The translations under genes were made by a program, and so were the position numbers. Below, piece after piece: positions 39,601 through 53,000 of a DNA stretch of 64,000 nt; the stretch's first letter is position 1, and each line of letters begins with the position of its first letter. Source of the DNA: Felis catus (Eukaryota). The stretch is from positions 156,428,001 through 156,492,000 of the forward strand of contig NC_058368.1 of assembly GCF_018350175.1 (NCBI RefSeq), in the 5' to 3' direction. Below the pieces are notes generated by a model. It ran no database searches and had not been told where the DNA came from. It was given only the letters and a program-made list of their open reading frames with translations.

Positions 39601-40000
39601 CTGTAGCTGAGAACTGGTTTGGTCAGGAAAATAGACACTACTGTAGGTATTTCACACAAAGGAATTTAACACAGTGAAATGGCTACACTGGTGTTGGAAG
39701 AACTGAGAATCAAACAGAGTGGCAGACATTAGCGATGCAGGAAGCCACCACCAGAGGAGGCGATGTAACTGCTAGACCACATACACCAACTGTGGCAGGA
39801 AATGGAGCCATGGACAGGGCTGCTGGGCAGCATTTGTGATTATGGCAGAGAGGCTCTCTCTGTCTGTTGGGGAGAATGAGGCACCCAGTCCCCACTGGAA
39901 AGTGCCCCAAGAAGCAGAGGTGGGGTTGGGAGATGAGGAAAGGTGAGAACAAAGGGGAGGAGAAAGGAAAGAGATGGAGTGGAAGAAATTGTCCAGTTTT
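39601..40000 (-). mobile_element. MLT1-type LTR relic inside L2
   Basis: ggtcaggaaaatagacactactgtaggtatttca...ggaatttaacacag...ggtgttggaagaactgaga. Confidence 0.6.
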
Positions 40001-40351
40001 TTTTTTCCTTCTTCCTTCCTTCTACCATCTCCCCTTGGGCAAATCCCCCAAAAGCCACTGTCAGGGAGCTGGGAAATGTGGCTTGCAGGAGAAAGGTGAG
40101 TGAGGATCAACCTGGAGGCAAAAAGGCAAAACCTAGAACAAGGTCTGAATGCCAAGAAGGAGCCTAACCAGGAGATCTAGGGAGCTAGGACCAGTAAAGC
40201 AAACGCTCTAAGGGAGAAACAAATTAACTTGCTTGAGAAAACAAAAGATGCCTAGACTACGGTAGCCAGGTGAAGGCGAGAGTGGCATAGGAAGATGTCA
40301 GAGGAGCAGTGCCAGAGGGCCTTGTAAACCAGAATAAGGAGTGAAGATGTT

Positions 40352-40552
40352 GGCACACTTGGGTGGCTCAGTTGGTTAAGCATCAGACTCTTGATCTCAG
40401 CTCAGGTCATGATCTCACAGTTTGTGAGATCAAGCCCCATGTTGGGCTCTGCGCTGACAGCATGGAGCCTGCTTGGGATTCTTTCCCTCTACCTCTTTCC
40501 TGCTTGTGCTCTCTCTTCTCTCTCAAAATAAATAAATAAACCTAAAAAAAAA
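40352..40552 (+). mobile_element. CanSINE nested in an L2 relic
   Basis: SINE body and A tail; degenerate TSD gagtgaagatgtt / gagtggggatttt. Confidence 0.92.
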
Positions 40553-41390
40553 GAGTGGGGATTTTATTATAAGTGTGATGGGAAGCCTGTGGAGTATGTC
40601 AACCAGGGAATTAATATGATCTAACTGACATTTTTAAAAGGCCACTTAGGCAAAATGTATTGTAGAAGGAAAAACAAGAGGTTATTGTGGTAATCTACAA
40701 AAGGTGATAGCTTAGACCACACTGGACATCCTCAGGATGTTTTGTAAGGAAAATGACCACAGACAAGTTAATCAACTGTATCTGGGAGGTGAGAAAAAGA
40801 GAAATCAAGAACTGCTTACATTTTTGCCATGAGCACTGGGGTAAATGAATGCTGGTTTCACTGAGCTACGGAAGAGTAGAGAAAGAACAAACATGGGAAA
40901 AGTGTAGATGAAGAACTACGTAGGGCCATGAAAGAGTAGGAGTTGCCTACAGGACATCCACCTATGTTATCCATAGGTGGATGGATATATGAGTCAGGGC
41001 TGGAGAGAGAGACATGAGAACGCTTGGCATTTAGAAGGTCCTTAAAGTCATGTGAATAGAAGGAGTCACCCAGGGAAAGAATATAGACAAAGGGGGGCAG
41101 AACAGAGCCCCAAGGCACAACAAAACTCAGTAGCTGAACAGATGAGGACGAGCCAGCTAAAAATACTGAAAAAGACTGAAGTAGAAGAAAAATTAGAAAG
41201 AGACATCACAGAAGTCACAACAGAAGTTTCAAGGAGGAAGAGGATTTGACAGGTGGAGTTCACTGACCAGAACATCTTCAGTTCAGTGGTGGGGATAGAA
41301 GCTTTGCATATATTGAGCAGAGAATGGGAGTGAAAATTGGACAAACCAAATGAAGACCCCTACCTCACAAAGCATTGCTTGTGAAGGATG

Positions 41391-41429
<39 letters not shown>

Positions 41430-42612
41430 GGGAAGGGGTGGAGAGCATAGACATGTGATCAAGAGAGGGGATTGTTTATTTAAAGACGGAAAATACAGGC
41501 TGACTACTCAAAAAACAACCGGCGTTTTAACAAGATCCCCAGGCACATGCATGTTGAAGTTCGAGGAGGGCTACACTCTGGTGTATTTTCTTGCTTTTGG
41601 AATGATCTAGTAAAGAAAAGAAAGGGAGGGGGTGAAAGGGGCAACAAGTACAGGAGCCATGTGTTTGGGAAGAGGTGGGACAGAGTTTGAGCTGTGGAGG
41701 GGAGAAGCAAGGATACCTCTTCCCCTGTGACGAGAGGGAGTGCAGGAGAGTGGTGCAGATGAATTAGGTCTGAGATTTGGCAGAAGAAAGATGTGAGAAT
41801 GTGCAAGTTCCCACTGCCTTCTATTTCCTCAATGACGCAGGAGGCAAATCATCAGTGAGCCTACTCCTGAGAGCGAACAGGAACAGAGGCTGGGAGAGCC
41901 AGTAGCAGGTGTGGGGAACGGTCTTTTCACTGGGAAATGCGTCGCTCAAGTTCTCAGGTCTGTTCACAGGCCTGCTAGGGTGATTTATAGGAGCTCTGCA
42001 CTGTCCTACTTGCTATTGATTTTGCATTTCATTCTCTTTCACTGCCTTAATAAAATTAAGACTTTTCCCAGCTTGCCTAGCCAGTCTTTTATTTAGCCTC
42101 TTTTTATAAAGCTTAAAAGGATGCCATATAATTTACTGTTAAAACGTCTTAACCAGAATTGTGTTTAACAGCCATGACTTGCTCCCCAAAAGAAAAAAGA
42201 CCCTACTTTTGGACAAAGACGGACTCTCCTCGCCCTGCCCCAGCAGACCTGGGGATCCAGCCTGTGCCTGCATCAATATCTGACACCTGAGAACAAGGCG
42301 ATATTTTGGTTTCGTTCTCACCAATTCCTGCTTCTTATTCCAGGCTCTTGTGATTTCTAAGGAGCCAAAGACAGTTCTTGGGTAACTGTATAAACAATCT
42401 AGAACTTAGCCAGGCCACAGGTGATTTAGGTTTGTTTCATTATGCTGGAATGGTGGCAGGAAACCTGTCTCTAAAATAGGTGAACAGTCCCATCACATTT
42501 CTATTGTGTTTGCTGTTGGCTTGAGGGATCTTTGTTGACCTCTAGATACATTAGCATCCAATTGCTCGTAGTAAAGAACTGAATACTATCATCCCACCAC
42601 AAGCTTCTCAAG

Positions 42613-42847
42613 TTTTTTTTGGTTTGGTTTTTTTAAAGTTTGCTTATTTATTTTGAGAGAAAGAGAGAGAGAGAGAGTAAGAGTGGATAGGGGAGGGTCA
42701 GAGAGAGAGGGAGAGAGAGAATCCCAAGCAGGCTCTGTGCTCTCAGCACAGAGCCCAACACGGGGCTTGATCTCAAAAACCGTGAGATCATGACCTGAGC
42801 CAAGATCAAGAGTCAGACACTTAACTGAATGAGCCACCCAAGCACCC
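42613..42847 (-). mobile_element. CanSINE
   Basis: Poly-T, GA tract, gagatcatgacctgagcc, gagccaccca. Confidence 0.92.
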
Positions 42848-44183
42848 GAGATACTCAAGCTTTAGTAAAGTGTTTATCCTTGTCCTGGCTCTTTAACCAA
42901 ACATCCTCCGAGTCAAAATTCTGAGTGAACCTCTAATCCCAGTCTTGTTTGTGCCAGAGATTCCAGCATCCACTGAGGAGGAGGAGTTCTTTGCAATGTA
43001 AGCTGGAAAGAATTGGTGACAGGGATGGCCCTACACACAGATGGTGACCCAGAGGCAAATTTCAAAGCCATACCTTGTAGGAGGAGGAGCTCACTGGGCA
43101 TCTCACCAAAGTGCTCCTGCCAGCTGCCTTTAAGGAGCCCTCCTCTCATCCTGTGACATCCATTCTTCCCTGCTAACCCCCATTCCCAAGTGTTTCAGAG
43201 GGGAATTAGAAATAGATGTTCATCACTGTGTAGGAACCTCTGTAATAGTCAGAAATGCTGAGTTCTGGACTGTGGTTAATATTAGCAACTCCAGCCAAAC
43301 ATACACACACTAAATGAAGGAGAACTTGACAGATGCAAAATCAAGTACCTGCATCAAAAAGAAGAAAACTTCCAATGCGAAGGGATTGGGAAATAGCACC
43401 ACGACAATAGGGAGTGATCTTACTTCCAGTTCTTTTCTTTTGAGTACACATTCCAGAAGGACAAAAAAAAAAAATGTTTTTGGTATATTTGCTTGCAGAG
43501 TTTAATAAATTACTACATACTTAGATGGATTTAAAATTGTTCTGAGTCTAATATGGTAAATTAATCTTGAATCTGCAAAGCATTTTGCCTGCTGGTTGGT
43601 ATATGGTGAGTTCTCAAAAATGTGACTTAATCACCCTTTAAATATTATTACTTTTGTTACTATCAATGAGTGTTGGAAGATAGATGACAATATACATTGA
43701 CTGTTCCTACCTGATTTCTTACATTTCTATGATATCAGATATACACAAACATTTAAATGCCTTTGTTTATGAATGTGTTCCAATCGTAAGCATGAGAGTT
43801 ACAACACTCTGCTCTTCCTCAAACACACTAGGCAGAGTTTATAGAAATTATTTTTAACCTTCTGGTTTGTGTGACTTTTTGGCACAGCTACCATATTATG
43901 AATTAGAAATTTTACCTAAGCCAAACTGCTGCTATGCAGACATACAAATAGGAGTAGCATTCTCCAGACAGACAGAGAGCTGAGGAAACAAAAATCTTAA
44001 TTTCTTTTCAAGAGAACTGTTATGCACCTCAATAGTCCAAATGCCGAAATTTTGCTTCTAATTTCTGCATTCTTGTTTTTCTATTTCTGACAATCATTAA
44101 AATAATTTTAAGTAAATGGGCATTTATTTGTTTTTAACTTAGCAGAGATAACCAACAATACCAATTAAAAATTTAAGATAAGT

Positions 44184-44385
44184 GGGGCACCTGGGTGGCT
44201 CAGTCAGTTAAGTGTCCGACTTTGGCTCAAGTCACGATCTCATGGTTTGTTGAGTTTGAGTCCCACGTCAGGCTCTGTGCTGACAGCTCAGAGCCTGGAG
44301 CCTATTTCAGATTCTGTGCCTCCCTCTCTTTTTCTGCCCCTACCCTGCTCACACTCTGTCTCTTTCTCAAACAAACAAACAACAA
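44184..44385 (+). mobile_element. CanSINE (SINEC_Fc-like)
   Basis: ggggcacctgggtggctcagtcagttaagtgtccgac; TSD aagat(a/t)agt. Confidence 0.93.
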
Positions 44386-45515
44386 AGATTAGTGACACCA
44401 GGTAGCAACAGTGAGGTTAATTTGTGGAAGAGTCACTTGGTGGCAAGCATCCCGTGTTTCATCGGTGTGGGAGAGAAGTTAGCACCCTATGACTACATTT
44501 GAGAGAGAAGGTTCTAAGAAATATTAGAAGGTAGTGTTATCACGTTACATAAAGGATTTGTTGACAGAATATTTTTTACATTGCTGACACATAGGATTTT
44601 TTTTTCTGCTAGTATAAAATGTTCATCCATCTACAAGTTTGTATATTTCTCCTTAATGCACTATTAGCTCAATTAAGAATTTAAGTTAGTCAGATCATCC
44701 AGGTATGGCTTACAAAATGGTTTTTATACGTTAACATTTTATACCTATACAATTTACATTTAAAGTTGAATTTTGCATAACTACTTGTAATTTTATCTAT
44801 TCTAAATATGAAATCTTGATCATACTCATCTACTTTGTTATTTAAGCAAGTGCATTGTGTTAGAGGGTGTTAAAATTATTTGGAACACACAATGAAAAAT
44901 TATTTTGTGAAATTAGTATTTTAAAAAAAGTTTTCTAATGCAATTGAAGTCAGAGAGCAAGAAGGAACAGAAAATTTTCCATTAAAAGTCCTGCTTTATC
45001 TTATTTGCAGGAATTATATGACTGATGAGGAATTTCTTGGGGCTGGAAGGTGGACATCAAAAGGTTTGTGGCTTTAGGCAAACATCCAAAACCCATACTA
45101 ATGTAATAAGTTCTCCGTGTCCTCAGGCACAGCAATACGATCAATAGAGGATTTCCATCTTCTTTCCTCAGAACAAAATTCTAGAGGTCATAGAAAAACT
45201 CTGTGTATATTGTGTATGAGCATATCATAGATGCTAATCATTAGGATCTTAGGATGCTCACAGCTTCCGGGGTAACACTCTCTCCCCACATCAGTATAAT
45301 GGGATGATTCATATCTTAAAGGAGCTATCGTAGGATTAAATAAACTGCTTAAAAATTTAGTCTCTTCCCCACTTCTAAACCAACTTTTGTTCCCCATCCA
45401 GATCCAGACACACTGACAAATATGGGAGGAGCAAAAAGGGGAGGGAGGCATCCAGAGAGACTTCCATATGCCAGGTACTGAACTAACCTCCTCACTTGCA
45501 TTAAGAATGCACTCT

Positions 45516-45741
45516 GGGGCGCCTGGGTGGCTCAGTCGGTCAAGCTTCAGACTTCGGCTCAGGTCATCATCTCACAGCTCGTGAGTTTGAGCTCCACCTC
45601 GGGCTCTGTGCTGATAGCTCAGAGCCTGGAGCCTGCTTCAGATTCTGTGCCTCCCTCTCTCTCTTCCCCTACCCACTCTCATTTTGTCTCTGTCTCTCTC
45701 AAAAATAAATAAACATCAAAAAAAAAAAAATAAAAAAAAGA
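45516..45741 (+). mobile_element. CanSINE (SINEC_Fc-like)
   Basis: Full head and A tail; exact TSD aagaatgcactc at 45503 and 45742. Confidence 0.94.
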
Positions 45742-46698
45742 AAGAATGCACTCCACTTGTAACCCAGCAAAGACCATGCCTCATTTTGCAGATGGAGATA
45801 GATCATCTTAAAAAGATCAGAGTGTGTAAGTGGCAGAGTGGGGACCAGAACCTAGATCTGGCTACAGTCAAAAATGGGGAAAAAATAGGAATCAGGTCTA
45901 ATGTTACAGAAAAAATCTTAATGTGCATATAGTGCTGCTCAGTCAAATAACCCCAGTCCTAGTTCTGTGATTCCTCCTAAGTGCAGAGTGATATTGTAAT
46001 TAGCATTCAAATTATCCCCTCATGTACCTCCAATACTCACTAAATGTACCAGCTGCCACTTACACACCACTACCATCCTTTCCAGAATTTCTGTAAGCAC
46101 TGCTGAGCAAATGCAAGCGCTCACTAGTACTCATTAAAATAGCTGTTCATTCCTCTATTGATAGACATGGCATGAAAATACGAATTTCTTTTGGGGATGA
46201 AGTCTTCATAACCCTTATTGTACTTCTTTCCAATCATAAAAATAGTACATGTTCATTGCGGAAAACTTGGAAAAAATCATAGAAGAAAATAAAAATCTCT
46301 GGTAAATGTTGTCAACATTTCAGAATATATCCTCCCAGTCTTTTTTCTATTAATTTTTCTATAATTATTAACCATGCGATTGTTATGCATCAAGCATTGT
46401 GTCAGATGTTGTGGATTCAATGAACAAGACAGCATGCTTTTAATCCATGATAATGAAGATAAAAATTTGTTGCATTTTACATAAGAGGTGTGCAGTGCTT
46501 CCGCATTTACTTCTTGCTTCAAATTTCCAAATGCTAAATATTTTATTGCATCTCTTCTCTATTTTACCATTATAAATACTGATGCAAAGAACATCTTTGG
46601 ATATAAGCCTTTGATACATCTTTTATAGTATCCCCAAGCTAAAGTCCTTGAGATACAGGATTAAAAGGTATACATGTTTTTAAAAGGTTTTAGAATTA

Positions 46699-46911
46699 GG
46701 GCACCTGGGTGGCTCAGTCGATTGAGTGACTGAGCATTCAACTTCGGCTCAGGTCATGATCTCATGAGTTCAAGCCCCCCATGGGGCTTCATGCTGATAG
46801 CATGAAGCCTGCTTCTGATTCTCTGTGTCTCTGTCTCTCTCTCTCCACCCCTCCCTCACTCACATGCGCTTTCTCTCAAAACTAAATAAACATTTAAAAC
46901 ATTTAAAAGAA
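46699..46911 (+). mobile_element. CanSINE
   Basis: SINE head and body; TSD aaaaggttttag(a/g)atta. Confidence 0.92.
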
Positions 46912-47128
46912 AAAAGGTTTTAGGATTAAAATAGAGGGTTTTTAAAGAGAGAGAATGCATGTGCAAACATAAGGAAAGTACTCTCTTTTACTCCGTGGCT
47001 CCCAGACAATTCACTGCCCTCCCTGGACATTTACCAATGTCACCAATTTCTTGTATATTCTTCTAGAGATTATTATACGCATAGTCAAGCAAATATAGAC
47101 ATGAATGTCTATCAGTTGCTGTCCTTTC

Positions 47129-47247
47129 TTTTTTTTTTTTTTAAAGATTTTATTTTTAAGTAATCTCTACACACCACATGGGGCTTGAATTTACAACTCT
47201 GAAATCAAGAGTTGCATGCTTGACCAACTGAGCCAGCCAGGCACCCC
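47129..47247 (-). mobile_element. Short tRNA-like CanSINE
   Basis: aaagattttatttttaagtaatctctac...gagccagccaggcacccc; TSD tgct(g/t)tccttt. Confidence 0.9.
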
Positions 47248-47963
47248 TGCTTTCCTTTTTTCTTAAGACACAAATCTTACAAACGTTGCCATGCCCTTTT
47301 TTCCTAGTTAAATATAAAAAATATATATATACGTAATTGTTCCATACCAGAGCTAAAAAACTTCCTCATTCTTATAGCTGCATAATAGTCCATTGTATTG
47401 ATGTACTATAATCTATTTAATCAGTTTTTCCTTAATGAATGTTTAGGTTCTTTCTTGTTTTAATCGAAGTATAATTAAGATAGAGTGTTAGAGCAGTTCC
47501 AGGTGTACAATGTGATCATTCAATGGTTCCATACATGACGCTTAAGTTCTTCACCAATATTTTGCTTTTCATATTTTGCTTTTACAAAGCAGTAAAAGCA
47601 AAGAATACCTTGTGTATATGGTAATTTTACGCATGTGTCAGTGTATCCGTAGGATAAACTTCTAAAAGTGGAATTGTTTGGGCACAGGATTTGTGTTTTT
47701 GTAATTTTGATACCTACTGCCAAATCGCCTTCCAAAAGAGAATGTACGGTTTCCACTCCCACCAGGAAGACAGAGACATGCCCGATTCCTTGCCAGGCTG
47801 TGTCAAAGATGTGCTTCCTCTCTTCCTTGTGTTTCCAAGACTATTTGGAGACCCAGATTAGTTGCTGTGGGGGCCCCAGAGTGTCGGGTTTTACATTTTT
47901 AACCAAGTATTTGTCTACACATGTTGTTAAGTAATAGTCACTTTGATATACAGGGCTAAAACA

Positions 47964-48182
47964 TTTTTTTTTTAATGTTTATTTATTTTTGACACAGAGA
48001 GAGAGAGAGACAGAGCATGAGAGGGGGAGGGGCAGAGAAAGAGGGAGACACAGAATCCGAAACAGTCTCCAGGCTCTGAGCTGTCAGCACCGAGCTCAAC
48101 GCGGGGCTCGAACTCACTGACCGCGAGATCATGACCTGAGCCGAAGTCGGACGCTCAACCGACTGAGCCACCCAGGCACCCC
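47964..48182 (-). mobile_element. Young CanSINE (SINEC_Fc) with many CpGs retained
   Basis: gccgaagtcggacgctcaaccgactgagccacccagg; TSD tgatatacagg. Confidence 0.95.
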
Positions 48183-48911
48183 TGATATACAGGATTTTTG
48201 AGTGCACAATATATATTAGACAAGAGGACAGTATTCCTATGGCTATAGAAATTGCCAAACCTGCTGAGTATTGTACAGTGTAAGAAGGTCATGAATAATT
48301 TCCAAACCACTAACCAATAAACTTGTTAAATGGCAATTTCCACCGAAACTGATGAACTGAAAGAGATTTTAATATTATTTACATATGGCCACAGTATTTA
48401 ACCCTGTACATATGTTTGAATAAATATTTTTCTATTTTATGGTTTGGATAGGTTTTCAAGCAGAAAAATTCAACACAGTAGAGATGGGAGGCAGATAGCA
48501 TTCGGGTGTCTACAGGCTATACTGCCAACCAGCTCCAGGTTTGGACCCTGGTTTGCGAACTATGTGTCCCTGAGCATCTAACTTATCCCGTTTGCACTTC
48601 AGATTCTTCAGCTACAAAATTGGGCTGATGATACTTGATTATTTGACACATTACATGACATATACTAAATACTCAATAGATCACTACTACTACCACTTGT
48701 AACGTTGCCGGAGAAGCACAGTCCCGAACATTCTATCCCATTGTAAGATGTGTTTTCACATTTATAAAGATAAATATAAGCAATAGAAATATAGGTTACC
48801 TTGAGAATTAAGCATAACAGAATGATAATTTTGTAGTTAATCTAGAAAGACTGAGGCCAAAGTGCCAAGGCTCTTAAACACATACATGCATGTCCATGTG
48901 AGTATCTTATG

Positions 48912-49140
48912 TTTTTTATTTTTAAAGTTTGTTTATTTATTTTTAGAGAAAAAGAGAGAGAAGGAGAGAGAACATGTGTGAGCAGAGGAGGGTAGAGAGA
49001 GGGAGAGAGAGAATTCCAAGCAGGCTCCACACTGTCAGCTCAGAGCCCAACATGGGGCTCAATCTTATGAACTGTGAGATCATCACCCGAGTTGAAATCA
49101 AGAGTTAGACGCTTAACTGACTGAGACACCCAGGCACCTC
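48912..49140 (-). mobile_element. CanSINE
   Basis: Poly-T, GA tract, SINE head; TSD tgtga(g/a)tat(c/t)tt. Confidence 0.92.
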
Positions 49141-49996
49141 CCCTGTGAATATTTTAAATGAAACATTGCAAGAAACAAAGAATATGTCAAAATCTTTGTG
49201 TGAACTTCTTTTTGAGTCATTCTTGGAAGGTAAAAGAGGTAAACTCTGATTGCCCAATTGGTAAAAATATACTATGCAATTGTATTTGACTTATTGAGAT
49301 CAGGTGGAAAGGAAAGTGCATTTTTTTTTTACTAGCAGAACAAGTTCATTAACTCACTGAGGGTTTACATTGTGTGGGGTACCGTGCTGGGCACTGGGAT
49401 GAGTGCCGAGCCCAATAGACATGGGTCCTGCCTTCATGATGCTTACAGTCAGTAAAATACCTTGAGGGAAACAGTGCAAGTAACACACAGTCTCACTGAG
49501 CTTCCTCGTAATAGCAGAAGCACTGCCATATAAGGGTGTTATTTAACACGTTAGTAAGAGCTAAGCAGAAGAAATAGGTTCTAACCCAGAGCAGTCAGCT
49601 CAGATATTAGAAGCAGCACAATTTTCAAATCTCTAAACACCCAGATAGTTTGATGTCATTCATTACCAAAGATAACTTGCTGCTATTTGAATACTAAGTG
49701 AGGAAGTTTCCCGAGTGGGCAACTAATAAGAAATATTAAAATAAAATGGGGATTCCTATAGGAGTTTTATTTAGATAGCTCCAATTTTGTACACAGGTTC
49801 TTATATGTTTGAAATAACTACCACTGAGTAATATTTCAGTTTCCTCTATCTATTAATAACTAGTCATATAAGCTATAAAGTTATATTTCACTAATAGAAA
49901 TCTAATTTGACTTAATTAAAACCTGAATTCTCAAACTAAACCCCTTTCACCAGAAGAAAAGCCAATGGATAATCTAAAGCCACGAATAATGCACGT

Positions 49997-50029
49997 TCAC
50001 CACCTAGTGGCATCTTCAGCAAACTGCAG
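49997..50029 (-). promoter_or_regulatory. Predicted CTCF site with upstream module
   Basis: The - strand reads CTGCAG-TTTGCTGAAGATG-CCACTAGGTGGTGA, in non-repeat sequence. Confidence 0.6.
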
Positions 50030-53000
50030 CTACCTTGCACTTGAAGTAGTTTATTCTGCTAATGTAACTCATGGATAACATCAGAAACTTTACAAATAAC
50101 TTCCATTTTCCAGATCACTATGACGTTTCAGTCCCTAGCAATTGAACAGAGTAACTTCTCTTCTTACTCCATCTCAGTCCCCACTGCACGGTCTAGAGAA
50201 GTTAACCCTCACCTTATCCTGGCATTGTGGGAGTAGCCACCTGACTAAATTCTCCAATGCCTTTAAAACACTGCCCTTTATAGAATTCCTTTGCTTAAGA
50301 AATGCAGATAAACTCCTCTGTAATACAGTCAGTCAGTAGAAGCACCTGGGCCTGATACGAAGTGCCTGATTTTGGACTTGCTCAGCAAGGTGGATTCCAG
50401 TAAGCACTTCAAGTGTGACTGCTCTGTGAGCACACATCATGCTTTCCAGCCTGTCCCCTTGCTGAACTCATGACCTGAAGCCCTCTTCCTCCCACCCGTC
50501 CACCTGAAGAATTCCTACCCATTCTTTCAAGACTTAGCTCAAAGCACATTGCCTGCAAGAAGCCTTTACTGACGACTGCAATCCATTCATCTCTCCCTGT
50601 GATGAATTTTAAGAATGGTTGTCTGTAGCCTGAGATTTACCCTTGATTGGTTTTTGCTGCCTTCTTATTAGTGTCCATTACATCTGTGGTCTAGTAGACA
50701 GGTTCTCTACTATTCGGGAAACATCTTGCAAACAGAGGTTGTTCTCTTGTGATTTTAAATACCCCCTTCTCCACTACACCCTTCACACTTCAGCTCAGTG
50801 AAGAACACAAAGCTCACTAAATACTTGAGGTTGCTCCCACCAACCCTTACCAGCATTTCATTATTCTGATCTGTTGGGCTACAGATGACTCCCAGGTGTG
50901 GCTTCTGATCACCCTGTCACTTTTGCTAGTTAAAACACATGTGATCTTTTCAACAGCGCAGGTACATTCATGTCAATGTATCTGCATATTCAGTGAGGAG
51001 GAGAACTGGCATGATGTCTCCTAGTAATTTAGGCCACGAGAACAGTTCTTCTTTGATTATGTGGGTATTTAAGGTAAAGTTAGGGCTCATATCAGCAAGG
51101 ATTTGTCTCATTTATTCATTTCACTTTGTATTTGCAGGTCAGTTGTAAGTGATTTATGAATACCTTTCAAAGGTCACTATCCATCTTTCAAATACATCAA
51201 TCTTAAATAGCAACCTTACACTTTGAAGAAAGAAACTTACTGTTTCACAAACACGGACAAGAATGTGGTCTGATCAACAGGGCATAGGATTCATGAAATC
51301 AACATTTGTTCACATGACATCACCGGAGGCAGCCAGAACTTCTGGTTCTGATTAAAACTACTGCAACAGCTCATGGATCCAGGGGAACACTTTGTTCTTA
51401 AATTAATTTAAATGTATCCTGGAATAACAAAAGGTATTGAGCTTTGCCACATGTGCTCTCAATGACATGGCATTCTAATAGGAGGATGTGTTGGTCTTAA
51501 TAAAATGGATAATCCAGCGAGTGCACACCCAGCCCCCTGGTATCTCCAACCTCCATTTTAACCCTGTGGTCACCAGTGTACAACAGGATCTTAACGTTCT
51601 TTAATTTGGAATAAGGTTTAAGACAGTTTTAAATACATTTTTCCTAAGACTCAACTCTCTTCGTCACACAAAGTGCTCCAGCAATTACTTGCCAGACACA
51701 ATATTTTCTTGAATCATACACATATTGAAAATATATGTATATATACATTACAAAAAATAAAATTCATGTTGACTTATCATTCCTAAAATAACTCTCTCTA
51801 CTCATATCCATTTATCTCTAGACAAACAGTCATTGAAAATATGATTTGCCAAGGATTTGAATTTGTGTATCTACAGGCTGCATCTTCTTATAATAAAAAA
51901 GTAGAAAAATCTACTTACATGCCTTCAGTTATCTTTGTTGAATTTGATTCTTTAGATATAAATAACCAAACTCTCTCAACGTAAGCCTGACACTGATAAT
52001 GAATATGTTTCGGATGGCAACAGGAAAACATACTACCGCTGCAATTAAATGCAAATGTTTTGAGTGCATGCAGTTTTAAAGTCAAGTTTAAGCCACTGAA
52101 TGAGGAAATTCAAAAGTTAAGTGGCTCAGAAGGAATAATTTAAACCTGCTGAGTCAGGTTTTCCCCGCGAACAAGCTGCCCTTTGGGAGCATATCTGGTG
52201 TGGTTGTATGTGGTAGAAATTCTGTCAGTTGGATTTCATAGTTTCAATACAAATGAAGATGTTATTCCTGCTATCTTAGCAATTTTTATGCAAAGTATAT
52301 AGGGCTTCAGTTTGAGAGAAGCCTTGCCTCTGTTTATTAGTGAATCTGTATTTCCTGAGTACCCACTGTGTGTACAGTGTCCCATATCCAGCTTTTAATT
52401 TCCGCCCTTGAGGACCTGAACAGCCATATATGAAAACTCCTTCAAATACTTGAGAATGCTGAATCTATTAACTTGGGTGTGGGGGGTTTAGTGTGGGGAA
52501 TAATCAGGTAGGTAGGATTAATCAAGGAAGACTTTTAGGAGAAGGTGAGGACACAGACTGTGGAAACATACAAGTTACTGTATGATGAGGAGAGATCAAT
52601 GTGCTGAATAAAAGCTGAGAATCTACATCAAGGAGAACTGAAGGTAGAGGAAGGTGGTGGGGAAGCTGCCAAGGGCACCTATTCAGCCATCGTGGTACCA
52701 TCTCCTTTCTCCCTGAAGTGAGTGCTGTTCACTCTTTATCTCTAAGCTGTGCATAAGGTGAGAAAACCCTAAAGAGTAAATTAATTACTCTTACTTATAA
52801 TTCTATTGCCCAAACTTAAAGTTTTCACAGAAAATATTTGGCTTTTGAAGAGCCTCTCACATAATTACCATTAAAAATAAAATTATTAAATTAAAAATAG
52901 GAAATAATGGGTCTCACAATAGAGGTATAAAAATGCAACCCTGGTTTAGACATTTCGAATTGTATTTTCCCTCTTAAACCAAAGTATGAAAGAAAACACT

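Larger units (their letters stand above)
39400..41870 (-). mobile_element. Long L2 relic interrupted by an MLT and a SINE
   Basis: L2 tail attcatttattcaataaatatttgctga followed by a purine-rich L2 body. Confidence 0.75.
46230..47780 (-). mobile_element. Ancient L1 (L1MC/L1ME-like) fragments hosting SINEs
   Basis: gctgcataatagtccattgt; gtaggataaacttctaaaagtggaattg...tactgccaaat. Confidence 0.65.
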
